Positions 37,665-46,504 of a stretch of 64,000 nt of DNA are shown one piece after another. Below the pieces are notes generated by a model. The model had not been told where the DNA came from. It made no database searches and saw only the letters and a program-made list of their open reading frames with translations. The first letter of the stretch is position 1, and every line of letters starts with the position of its first letter. The DNA comes from a virus, in IMG/VR virus record IMGVR_UViG_3300045988_141753; one strand, given 5' to 3'. Made by a program: the position numbers and the translations under genes.

Positions 37665-37975
37665 TGAATATAAATTTATTGCAAGAAACAGTAGAAACAC
37701 TTGAACAGAATGGTAAATCACTTGCCGATGTAGAATGGGTAGGAATTAAGAACAACAGTTATTACACTTGGGAGGAGTTTGAGGAACAAGCTAAATGCGT
37801 TGAGTATGATGCAGATTATATCTTTGAAGAGATTGATAGACATTTAGTTGTTGTTGGTAAAGATTTCTGGCTTGAACGTTATAAATATGACGGTTCGGAA
37901 TGGTGGGAATTTAAGACATTGCCGACAAAACCAATTTTAAAAGTTGATAAACTACCAATACTTAACGAATGGTAA
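37664..37975 (+). CDS. hypothetical protein
   Basis: TAATG overlap with the YopX gene. Confidence 0.5.
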   Translation: MNINLLQETVETLEQNGKSLADVEWVGIKNNSYYTWEEFEEQAKCVEYDADYIFEEIDRHLVVVGKDFWLERYKYDGSEWWEFKTLPTKPILKVDKLPILNEW

Positions 37976-38056
37976 AAAAATACATTTTCTAAAACAACGT
38001 AAATACACACTTTTAGACACTTAAAATTTGAATAAAAGAGAAATTTTATTAAGGAG

Positions 38057-38893
38057 ATGATACCGATAAAGCAAAAATATATAAAATCCCCACTCAATTA
38101 TGTTGGTGGCAAATACAAGCTCCTACCGCAGATATTGCCGTTGTTTCCAAAAAACATTGATACTTTTATTGACTTATTTGGCGGTGGGTTTAATGTAGGA
38201 ATTAACGCTTCAGCAAAAGAAGTCATTTACAATGATTTGAATTTACCTGTAGTGGAAATACTTGAATACATACATAGAAGTAAGACCGATTGCATCCTTA
38301 GCGAAATAGATAAGATAATTGAACAGTATGACTTGTCGAAAATCAATATAGGGGGGTATTTGAAGCTGCGTGGCTATTATAATAAATCTGTCTTCAAATC
38401 ACCTATTATTTTATATACATTAATTTGTTACGCCTTTAACAATCAGATGCGTTTTAATTCAAAAGATGAATTTAATATGCCATTTGGTGAAAGATACTTT
38501 AATCCTAAATTAAAGGAAAGATTTGTAGAATTTTCGGAAGCGATCAACAATAAAGACTGCAAGTTTACCAATGCTGATTTTCGTGAGTTCATCGGCGTAG
38601 CGTTTGGCAAAAATGATTTTCTGTATTGCGATCCACCATACTTTAATTCCACGGCAACTTATAATGAAAATGGTGGATGGACTAATGCCGATGAGGAAGA
38701 TTTGAGAGATATGCTTGCAATTTCAAATGTGAAATGGGCGTTATCAAATAATTTAAAGACGAACTTAACATTAAAGGATTGGGCAGAGGAACATGGATAT
38801 AAAATCCACTATCTAAATATCACTTATGGAAACTGCAATTATCAGAAAAAAGACAAGACAAAAGATATAGAAGTCTTAATTACGAACTATTGA
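38057..38893 (+). CDS. dam: Dam-like (D12 class) N6-adenine DNA methyltransferase
   Basis: LNYVGGKYKLL, FIDLFGGGFNV (FxGxG), LYCDPPY (motif IV). Confidence 0.85.
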   Translation: MIPIKQKYIKSPLNYVGGKYKLLPQILPLFPKNIDTFIDLFGGGFNVGINASAKEVIYNDLNLPVVEILEYIHRSKTDCILSEIDKIIEQYDLSKINIGGYLKLRGYYNKSVFKSPIILYTLICYAFNNQMRFNSKDEFNMPFGERYFNPKLKERFVEFSEAINNKDCKFTNADFREFIGVAFGKNDFLYCDPPYFNSTATYNENGGWTNADEEDLRDMLAISNVKWALSNNLKTNLTLKDWAEEHGYKIHYLNITYGNCNYQKKDKTKDIEVLITNY

Positions 38894-38908
38894 GGAGGAC
38901 AACATTAA

Positions 38909-39505
38909 ATGAAAACACTTACTGGGACAAGCCTAGCTGGAATGTCTCCTACAAGAGAAAGAGTGACTAATGATTTTTATGCAACACCATTCAATGCAAC
39001 AGAAACCATTTTAAAAAGAGAAAAATTATCTGGTAGTATACTTGAACCTGCTGCTGGGCAAGGGCATATATCAAAAGTCCTCAAAGAATTTTATCCATAT
39101 TCAGAAATTGTATCTACTGATTTGGTTGGTAGAGATAGTCCTTTTGGAATTGATATTACTCCAAACATTGATTTTCTTACATATAATTACAAACGTAAAT
39201 TTGATAATATTATTACCAATCCACCATTCAAATTTGCAAAGGAATTTATTCTTCGATCATTGGACTTAGCAAATGAAAAAGTTATTATATTTGCCAAAAT
39301 CCAACTTCTTGAAGGGCAAGATAGATTGAAAATGTGGAAAAACACTCCTATAAAAACAATTTATGTGTTTTCTAAAAGAGTAAACCCAATGCGTAATGGT
39401 AGTGAGGTAGATGAAAAGGGGAAGCCTTGGGCAAGCACTATGTGTTTTGCATGGTTTGTATGGGAACATAATTATGAAGGCTTGCCAACAATAGAGTGGA
39501 TTTAA
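38909..39505 (+). CDS. N6-adenine DNA methyltransferase (NPPF type)
   Basis: Motif I ILEPAAGQG followed by motif IV ITNPPF. Confidence 0.7.
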   Translation: MKTLTGTSLAGMSPTRERVTNDFYATPFNATETILKREKLSGSILEPAAGQGHISKVLKEFYPYSEIVSTDLVGRDSPFGIDITPNIDFLTYNYKRKFDNIITNPPFKFAKEFILRSLDLANEKVIIFAKIQLLEGQDRLKMWKNTPIKTIYVFSKRVNPMRNGSEVDEKGKPWASTMCFAWFVWEHNYEGLPTIEWI

Positions 39506-39511
39506 TTTTAT

Positions 39512-39667
39512 TTGTATGGGCATATTCACAATGGTAGAGATACAAGACCTTTTAATGAGTATGCCAAACAAATGAGAGAGCGTGGTTTCCCTTATAGGTG
39601 TGCAAATGTAGGTTGTATGCTCCACAACTACACACCTGTAACACTTGATGATTTAGGATTGAGGTAA
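39512..39667 (+). pseudogene. C-terminal remnant of a metallophosphoesterase-like gene
   Basis: The same frame stays open for about 54 codons beyond the methyltransferase stop. It reads YGHIHNGRD...PYRCANVGCMLHNYTPVTLDDL, which resembles a GHxH ... NVG...P.sl.ei C-terminus. No N-terminal half is present. Confidence 0.35.
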
Positions 39668-39672
39668 AATAA

Positions 39673-40008
39673 ATGATTTCAAAGAAAATTCTTAACGCTC
39701 TTACGAAAGAGCAACTATTATTCCTAATAAATCAATATCAGCATATGGAATTTATTATCTCGGAAATCTGTGTCAACGAGAGTAAGCAGCATATTCCGTC
39801 TGAGCAGGCGGTAGAAAAGATAAGAAAAGAACTTCATAACTGTAATTTTCCCTTTTGCAATTCTACAGAAGAATTTATATCACTTTTAGATTATAAAATG
39901 GGCAAAATTACACTTGACAAATACAAAAAAGAATTGGGATTGGTTGAAAGGAGACAGAATGAAACTTCTGGAAAGTATAAAACTTGCAATGCAAGTTTTC
40001 CCAAATAG
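39673..40008 (+). CDS. hypothetical protein
   Basis: 111-aa ORF after a GAGG RBS. Confidence 0.5.
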   Translation: MISKKILNALTKEQLLFLINQYQHMEFIISEICVNESKQHIPSEQAVEKIRKELHNCNFPFCNSTEEFISLLDYKMGKITLDKYKKELGLVERRQNETSGKYKTCNASFPK

Positions 40009-40366
40009 CTTTATTAATCGAAATAACGAGATTATTCTTATTCCAAAATTCAATGTCTATATTCAGCTTGACGATGTGAAAACAAATGAAGATTTCAAGG
40101 TAAAACTTTGTGAGTGGCTAAGTCGAGATTGCTCTTGTGCGTTAAGATATTCACGAGACAAAAGACTTATGAGATATTGGCAAGACAATACTAATGCTTT
40201 CAATAAAATTTGTGGAACTAATTTTACAATGGAGCAAATGAGTTATATCTATACATATTTGGGTAATGGCATAAAACATGATCTTACAAAACAGTTCGTA
40301 AGAAACGGATTTGACCTTTTTGTTATAGAGAAATATGCTCAAAAGGGCAATAAAGAGGTTTATTGA
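39959..40366 (+). CDS. hypothetical protein
   Basis: The ATG at 39959 follows an AAAGGAGA RBS and overlaps the upstream ORF. Confidence 0.5.
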   Translation: MKLLESIKLAMQVFPNSFINRNNEIILIPKFNVYIQLDDVKTNEDFKVKLCEWLSRDCSCALRYSRDKRLMRYWQDNTNAFNKICGTNFTMEQMSYIYTYLGNGIKHDLTKQFVRNGFDLFVIEKYAQKGNKEVY

Positions 40367-40680
40367 TGAAAGAAATTAAAGTAGTGAAATATTCTAAACA
40401 ATGGTGCAAAACACGAATGACAATATATACTATTATTTGTATTATTTCTTTTTGTGCTTTTGTTTTAACAATGCCAATTATGGCACATTTCTATGACGAA
40501 TACGGCTTACATCATACCAAAACTATAGTAAGTGTAATGGTGGTTTTAACCTTTTTTGTGGTATGGTTATATTGCTATGCAAAGGCTATGCAATTCGAGC
40601 ATTATGAGAACTATATATACAACCATACCAAGAAGATTAAGCGTAAGCAAGATAGAAAATATAGAAAATGGCTGATGTAA
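40363..40680 (+). CDS. membrane protein (two TM helices)
   Basis: Hydrophobic segments IYTIICIISFCAFVL and VSVMVVLTFFVVWLY. Confidence 0.55.
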   Translation: MMKEIKVVKYSKQWCKTRMTIYTIICIISFCAFVLTMPIMAHFYDEYGLHHTKTIVSVMVVLTFFVVWLYCYAKAMQFEHYENYIYNHTKKIKRKQDRKYRKWLM

Positions 40681-40699
40681 AAGTTGGGAGATAAACAAA

Positions 40700-41050
40700 A
40701 TGGATTGTAATATTCAAAATATAAAATGTGAAATCTGCGGTCGAGTGTTCCATAAAGTCTGCCATGCAGAGCCTTTTGATAAAGTGTGTGATAATAGTGA
40801 ATGTTTCCATAAAAAGTTCTGGCTTGAAATTATAAAAGAAAAGGATGAACACGTTATTATTAATGGCATTTGTTATTACTTAGACAAAGCTCACCCAATG
40901 AGTGATAGTCCTTTTAGGGGATATGGTGGTAGAGAATTTAAAATTAAATTACATACAGGTGAAATTATCGTAACAAATAATTTATGGCACAATGGTGAAG
41001 TACCTAAAGAATTTCGAGATAGACTACCTGATAATGCAGAGTTTATATAA
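40700..41050 (+). CDS. hypothetical Cys/His-rich protein
   Basis: 116-aa ORF after a GGGAGA RBS. Confidence 0.5.
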   Translation: MDCNIQNIKCEICGRVFHKVCHAEPFDKVCDNSECFHKKFWLEIIKEKDEHVIINGICYYLDKAHPMSDSPFRGYGGREFKIKLHTGEIIVTNNLWHNGEVPKEFRDRLPDNAEFI

Positions 41051-41088
41051 TTGTAATAGGAGTTAATTGATGGAAATGGAGGCAACAA

Positions 41089-41547
41089 ATGTTTGTAACC
41101 AAATTGGGTGAAAATTTTATTGAGGGTATAACACTATTTAAAGGGCAATGTAAAGCTTGCAATTCTGAGTTTTATTTTGAGGAAAAAGAAGCCAAAGAAT
41201 TGTATGAAAAAGGTGAAATCGGTCACTCAGAAGAAGAAATGCTTCGAGTTTCAATGGGCGAGCCTTATTGTAGATATGAGTTTGGCAAATGCCCTCCTTA
41301 TAAAGTGCCAATTCTTATAACACGTTGTCCTTGCTGTGACGAACTTGTGAAACTAGACCAAGTAACGTGTACACACGAAACATATGCTGAATTGAAAAAT
41401 AAGCATAGAATTACATTAGAACATCTTGCGGAATATAACGGGATATATCCTTTGAAATTTAAGTGTTCTAATAGTAGGTTTTCTATTGATATGAAAAATA
41501 GGATTGAAAAATCAAAAGCATTAGTAAAAGCATTAGCTGGATCGTGA
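41089..41547 (+). CDS. hypothetical Zn-ribbon protein
   Basis: CKACN ... CPCCD pairs. Confidence 0.5.
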   Translation: MFVTKLGENFIEGITLFKGQCKACNSEFYFEEKEAKELYEKGEIGHSEEEMLRVSMGEPYCRYEFGKCPPYKVPILITRCPCCDELVKLDQVTCTHETYAELKNKHRITLEHLAEYNGIYPLKFKCSNSRFSIDMKNRIEKSKALVKALAGS

Positions 41548-41678
41548 AAAGTTGAAAACAACTAAAATATAAAACCAACATTTTATTAAGAAAAATAAGA
41601 GATAAAACAAAACGGAACGCTCAGATTAGCTACCTGAGTGAATATGATAATTGCAATTATCTTCCAATAAAGAACAAA

Positions 41679-43049
41679 TTGGAGGATTTACAAATAGTGA
41701 AAACGGAAAAAATAACAGTAAACGAATTATTTAGTGGTATAGGCGCACAAATTTCAGCACTAGAAAGGCTTGGAATACCATTTGAAATAAAACATACATC
41801 TGACATAGACCATAATGCAGTTTTGGCATATGCTTCTATACATTGTGGACTTACAGAAGAACTAATAAATACATACGCTGAATATCCTACAAGAGAAGAA
41901 ATGGCTAGGCAGCTTACAGAAATTAATCTTGGATATGACTTTCAGAAAAATAAGCCTTATAATTGGTACAGATTTGTAAATAGTAAATCAAAAGAGCTTG
42001 AAAAATATTGGCTTGCTAATAAACTTTCAAGGAATTTAGGTGACATTAGTAAACTCGAACATCTTGATTATGCTGATTTTTGGACATATTCATTTCCTTG
42101 CCAGAGCGTATCTGTCAGTGGCAAGCAAGAAGGTATTATAAAAGGTAAAACACGTTCGGGATTACTCTATGAAGTACAAAGACTACTTGAAAAAGCTGAC
42201 AAAATGTTGGCTTTACCAAAATATCTAATGCTTGAAAATGTCAAAAATCTTGTGGGTAAAAAGTTTAAACCACAGTTTGATGAATGGGTGGCTTGGCTTG
42301 ATGAACTTGGCTACAATACATATTGGAAAGTTTTAAATGCTAAAGATTATGGAGTTCCTCAGAATAGAGAAAGAGTCTTTGTAATAAGTGTTCGCAAAGA
42401 TATTGATGATGGCAAATTTGAATTTCCGCAGCCTTTTGATAACGGAGTCAGACTTAAAGATGCACTTGAAGATAAGGTAGATGAAAAGTATTATTTAAGT
42501 GAAGATATACAAAATAGACTTATCATCACCGACAAAACATTAACTAAGAATGTTATTGGAACTACTAAACCTAGCTTTAGAACTATAGGACGACGTGATT
42601 CAGTGTATTCTGAAAATTCTATTATGGGTACTTTAGTTGCAACAGATTATAAACAGCCTAAACAAATTTTAGAAACCAATCGTTGTGTTAAAGTTGGAGA
42701 CTTAAATTATTATCCATATGAAACATCGAACAGAATTTATTCAAAAGAGGGAATAAGTCCAACATTGACTACAATGCAGGGTGGCAATACTGAACCTAAA
42801 ATAGCAGAGCCAATAGCCGCTGTAATTGAATCCGAAGCTAAAAGCTTCAGAGTTCGTAAATTAACTCCTAGAGAATGTTATAGGCTTATGGGATTTACTG
42901 ACGAACAATTCGATAGATCGCAAGCTTTTAGTTCTGACAGCCAACTTTATAAGCAGGCAGGTAACTCTATTGTGGTTGATGTACTTTATTACATATTTGG
43001 AAAACTGTTTGAGGTTGATACTGAAACTAGAAAGGAAATAGAATGTTAA
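41679..43049 (+). CDS. dcm: DNA (cytosine-5) methyltransferase
   Basis: Motif I ELFSGIGA, IV FPCQSVS, VI ENV, VIII QNRERVF, X GNS. Confidence 0.9.
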   Translation: MEDLQIVKTEKITVNELFSGIGAQISALERLGIPFEIKHTSDIDHNAVLAYASIHCGLTEELINTYAEYPTREEMARQLTEINLGYDFQKNKPYNWYRFVNSKSKELEKYWLANKLSRNLGDISKLEHLDYADFWTYSFPCQSVSVSGKQEGIIKGKTRSGLLYEVQRLLEKADKMLALPKYLMLENVKNLVGKKFKPQFDEWVAWLDELGYNTYWKVLNAKDYGVPQNRERVFVISVRKDIDDGKFEFPQPFDNGVRLKDALEDKVDEKYYLSEDIQNRLIITDKTLTKNVIGTTKPSFRTIGRRDSVYSENSIMGTLVATDYKQPKQILETNRCVKVGDLNYYPYETSNRIYSKEGISPTLTTMQGGNTEPKIAEPIAAVIESEAKSFRVRKLTPRECYRLMGFTDEQFDRSQAFSSDSQLYKQAGNSIVVDVLYYIFGKLFEVDTETRKEIEC

Positions 43050-43246
43050 ATAATGCTTGGAATACTCTCTTGAAATGTACATGGGTGGCTTGCTTTGACA
43101 CTCATAACTTTCAGGAAGGAAAAGTATACGAAGTAAAAAATGGTAGACTAATAGACGGTCATGGTAGAAAAAGTTGTAATACATATGATAATGTTTACGA
43201 TATTAATGACAGTTTTTATGCCAGATTTAAAGAAGTGAAGGGGTGA
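43043..43246 (+). CDS. hypothetical protein
   Basis: Short ORF overlapping the flanking genes by a few nt. Confidence 0.4.
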   Translation: MLNNAWNTLLKCTWVACFDTHNFQEGKVYEVKNGRLIDGHGRKSCNTYDNVYDINDSFYARFKEVKG

Positions 43247-43566
43247 ATAAAAACATGGCAAGTGAGATACGAAATGATTGTGTGGGTTGTACTGCTCTCG
43301 GACTTCCCTGTCATCATTGTTACATGGGTCAAGATTATCGTGTTTTAATATGCGACAAGTGTGGAACTGAGGTTGATATGCTTTATATTATTGACAATGA
43401 CTCGGAAGAACTTTGCAGCGAATGTGCCAAAGAAAAGGCTATTGAATATTTGTCAAATCATAATGTGAACGTTGACGATTTGTGCGAATACAACGATATT
43501 CCTTGCGAAAAAATGAACGGAGAAGATTATTATAACAAATATTGCTATTGTGACGATGAGGAATAA
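43243..43566 (+). CDS. hypothetical Cys-rich protein
   Basis: Several CxxC pairs. Confidence 0.45.
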   Translation: MNKNMASEIRNDCVGCTALGLPCHHCYMGQDYRVLICDKCGTEVDMLYIIDNDSEELCSECAKEKAIEYLSNHNVNVDDLCEYNDIPCEKMNGEDYYNKYCYCDDEE

Positions 43567-43572
43567 ATACAT

Positions 43573-44355
43573 ATGAACAAAAAGAAAGACGAGACAACAA
43601 AACAAATAATGCAACTTATAGTTGCTATTTGCGTAATAGTTATTGGTTTTGGAGTTGTAAAAGTTGTTGGTATTAACGAAGATTACAGGTACAATTTTGA
43701 AAGAAACAAAGCCAAAAATTCAACAGTTAATACAATTACTACTACCACAAGCACTATAACTAAAAATACAAAAACTAGATCGGTAGAAAATAAAAAAAAT
43801 ACAGTAAAAACAAATACTAAATCTACTACAACCACCAAAGAAACAAGAGCTACAAAGCCGTATAGCCATAAAGTAACCGAAACTACAACGACAGTTACCA
43901 AGTCTGAAGCAGAGCCAGAAATAGAACTTGTTTCTTACGATATTCCAACAGGTGACACTTCATTTCACGGCTATATGAATTATGCTTGTATTACGGACAT
44001 CAATTCTCTGCAATATCAGTTACAACTGAATTGTTGGACGGACAGTCAGGGAATACGCAGACAAGGTGACGATGTTTGTATTGCTTTAGGAAGTTATTAC
44101 GGTACAGAAATAGGTACACGCTATCTAATTACAACCGACATGGGTAATTCGTTCACCGCTGTTTTAGCCGATTGTAAAGCTGATATTCATACTGACTATA
44201 ATAATCAGTACCGAGATACAGGCAATGGTTTTAAGAACGTGGTTGAATTTATAGTTGATACATATGCACTTGACCCTGATGTTATGAGCAGTGGCAACAT
44301 TGGTACTTATAGCAATTATTCTGGTAATATTGTATCAATTCAAAAAATTAATTAG
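43573..44355 (+). CDS. membrane-anchored Thr-rich protein with globular C-terminal domain
   Basis: N-terminal TM helix and T-rich linker; the C-terminal domain was not identified with confidence. Confidence 0.5.
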   Translation: MNKKKDETTKQIMQLIVAICVIVIGFGVVKVVGINEDYRYNFERNKAKNSTVNTITTTTSTITKNTKTRSVENKKNTVKTNTKSTTTTKETRATKPYSHKVTETTTTVTKSEAEPEIELVSYDIPTGDTSFHGYMNYACITDINSLQYQLQLNCWTDSQGIRRQGDDVCIALGSYYGTEIGTRYLITTDMGNSFTAVLADCKADIHTDYNNQYRDTGNGFKNVVEFIVDTYALDPDVMSSGNIGTYSNYSGNIVSIQKIN

Positions 44356-44375
44356 AAAAGAGGTGAATTTAAAAA

Positions 44376-44591
44376 TTGGCATATGACAAGAAAGCAGGAA
44401 AAAGAAAGCGTTTAGCTAGAGAGGAGGAGAACAGACAGCTAAAACGCTACAAGTCAGAGTGTAGAGAATTAGATACATATTTTATGAGTGAGGACGAACT
44501 CATTCGAGCCAAAGAAAGACAGAAGATAACAAAAGCTAGAAATAAAGCAATTGTACAAAGAGCTTATATGATTGCTATGGCAACAAATTAA
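44376..44591 (+). CDS. small basic coiled-coil protein
   Basis: TTG start after an AGAGGTG RBS. Confidence 0.4.
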   Translation: MAYDKKAGKRKRLAREEENRQLKRYKSECRELDTYFMSEDELIRAKERQKITKARNKAIVQRAYMIAMATN

Positions 44592-44609
44592 ACAAGCAAG
44601 AAAGGACAG

Positions 44610-44858
44610 ATGAAAATGGTAACGGAGTATACAGCATATAAAATTAGATTTACTACAGTAAAAGAGGTACAGCAGTTTATCAGGATTGCGAATATGGTTG
44701 ACTATAGCATAGACCTAAAGCAGAGCCATTATTGCGTAAATGCAAGTAGTATAGTGGGCATATTTGCACTTGACCTTGAAAACGAGGTAATAATGTTTGT
44801 GCCAACAGAACACGAAAAGAACGCAGAAAAAATGTTCGCAGAATTTATTATAAAGTAA
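44610..44858 (+). CDS. HPr/Crh-like small protein lacking the His15 motif
   Basis: VNASSIVGIFALDLENEVIMF resembles the HPr Ser46 region VNAKSIMGVMSLG. There is no GLHARPA-type His motif at the N-terminus. Confidence 0.45.
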   Translation: MKMVTEYTAYKIRFTTVKEVQQFIRIANMVDYSIDLKQSHYCVNASSIVGIFALDLENEVIMFVPTEHEKNAEKMFAEFIIK

Positions 44859-44869
44859 AGGAAAAGACA

Positions 44870-45394
44870 ATGAAAGTAACAATACTTGAATATCCAACTA
44901 ATGAAGATTGGATTGCAGTAAAACAAAGAGCCTTAGTGACAGTAGGACTAAAGGCTAAAACACCACCGACAGACGAGTGGAAATATAAAATATTAAAAGC
45001 AAGACATTCACCGATACGCAGACTAAGATTTTCGGTACTGTTTGAAGATATCCCTAATTGGGTAGCGGTACATCTTGTGAGACACATTCACGCACAACCT
45101 TACGTTAAATCTCAGAGAAACGATAGACAATCTGATTATGATAGGACTAAAGCCCCACAGGACGCTCCTGTAAACATGATATGGGATTTCAATGGCGAAG
45201 AACTAATGAACATTGCCAATAAGAGATTGTGTAATCAGGCTGCTAAAGAAACAAGAGAAGCTATAAAAGAAATGTGCGATAAAATTATTGAACTTGATGA
45301 TATTTGGAAAGATTTTTTAGTTCCTATGTGTAAGTATGTTGGAGAGTGTAAAGAAATGTTCCCATGTTATTTAAAGGAGAATAAAAATGACTAA
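44870..45394 (+). CDS. divergent ThyX-like (flavin-dependent thymidylate synthase fold) protein
   Basis: ARHSPIRRLRFSVLFEDIPNWVAVHLVRHIHAQPYVKSQRN aligns by eye with the ThyX HxSxxE ... RHRxxSxxxxSxR block, but several signature residues are substituted. Only 174 aa long. Confidence 0.5.
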   Translation: MKVTILEYPTNEDWIAVKQRALVTVGLKAKTPPTDEWKYKILKARHSPIRRLRFSVLFEDIPNWVAVHLVRHIHAQPYVKSQRNDRQSDYDRTKAPQDAPVNMIWDFNGEELMNIANKRLCNQAAKETREAIKEMCDKIIELDDIWKDFLVPMCKYVGECKEMFPCYLKENKND

Positions 45395-45986
45395 ACCACT
45401 ATTTTGTATTCTTGGAGCTTCGGCAAGTGGTAAATCAACACTTGTAAAAATGCTTGAAAATGAATTTAAGATGAAACAAATACCCTCTTATACAACACGT
45501 TCTCCTAGGTTTAAAGGAGAAGAAGGACACACATTTGTTTCAGAAAAAGAATTTAAGGCACTTAATGACATTGTGGCTTATAACTACTATCTTGGTAATC
45601 ATTATGGAGTAACGGCAAGTCAGATTGACGATGATACATATAATCTTTACGTTGTAGACCAAACAGGGCTTAATGAACTCCGTAAAAAGTACAGGGGTAA
45701 TAGAAAGATTTATTCTATCTTTATAGATTGCCTACCGATTACTCGGCATGATCGCCTGTTTAGACGTTATTATAAAATGTATAAGAATATTGATAAAGCA
45801 TTTAAAGAAGCTAGAAAACGTTTTGAGCAAGACGAGATAGAATTTAAAAACTGCAAATCATCTGTTGATTACGTTATTAATAATGATGAAAACATAAACA
45901 CAGCTTATGAAAATTTAAAAAATTATGTGAAAAGAATTATAGCCAAGCAGGAGGGAGATAATGATACCGAAACTGAACATAATTAA
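45387..45986 (+). CDS. guanylate-kinase-like nucleoside monophosphate kinase
   Basis: P-loop GASASGKST; SYTTRSPRFKGEEGHTFVSEKEF matches the Gmk signature region. Confidence 0.7.
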   Translation: MTKPLFCILGASASGKSTLVKMLENEFKMKQIPSYTTRSPRFKGEEGHTFVSEKEFKALNDIVAYNYYLGNHYGVTASQIDDDTYNLYVVDQTGLNELRKKYRGNRKIYSIFIDCLPITRHDRLFRRYYKMYKNIDKAFKEARKRFEQDEIEFKNCKSSVDYVINNDENINTAYENLKNYVKRIIAKQEGDNDTETEHN

Positions 45987-46362
45987 CAGAGAACATTATA
46001 ATAGCATTGTTTACTTATCTCACCCATATGGTGGTAAGCAAGAAAATTTAAGTAAAATAAATGAGTGCCAAAGGTTGTTGACTATAATACACCCTGAGAA
46101 TTTGTATCTCAATCCTAGTGCAATGTTTGGCAACCTTTACGATTGTACCACTTATGAGCAAGGGTTGAACATGACCCTGTTGTTACTTGAAGAACTTGCA
46201 GATGAAATGATTATTTGTTCAAAGGATTGGCAATCCTCTAAAGGCTGTCGCACGGAGGTTTTGTATTGTGACAACAGACATATACCGTATAAAATTTGTA
46301 CTTTGGAGCAAATTAGAGATGAATACGAAAAATACAGAAAGGAACATGATAAGAATGGCTAA
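45961..46362 (+). CDS. nucleoside 2-deoxyribosyltransferase-like / DUF4406-like protein
   Basis: VYLSHPYGG ... ADEMIICSKDWQSSKGCRTEV fits the pattern of that superfamily as I remember it. Confidence 0.4.
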   Translation: MIPKLNIINREHYNSIVYLSHPYGGKQENLSKINECQRLLTIIHPENLYLNPSAMFGNLYDCTTYEQGLNMTLLLLEELADEMIICSKDWQSSKGCRTEVLYCDNRHIPYKICTLEQIRDEYEKYRKEHDKNG

Positions 46363-46504
46363 TTTTATTATTGGTGCTTTGGTTGGGCTTGTACTTGGTT
46401 TTCTAATAGCCTATAGAACAGTAACCGAAATGCTTGATGAATTAAACGAGAATGATAAAGAGGAAAATGCCAATGGAACTGAAAGCAAATCTGATAAGAC
46501 CTAG
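46355..46504 (+). CDS. small single-pass membrane protein
   Basis: 49 aa; FIIGALVGLVLGFLIAY followed by an acidic tail. Confidence 0.45.
   Translation: MANFIIGALVGLVLGFLIAYRTVTEMLDELNENDKEENANGTESKSDKT

Noticed and set aside
43683-43901. Minus-strand ORF rich in V
   Set aside because: It is antisense to the Thr-rich linker of 43573-44355.
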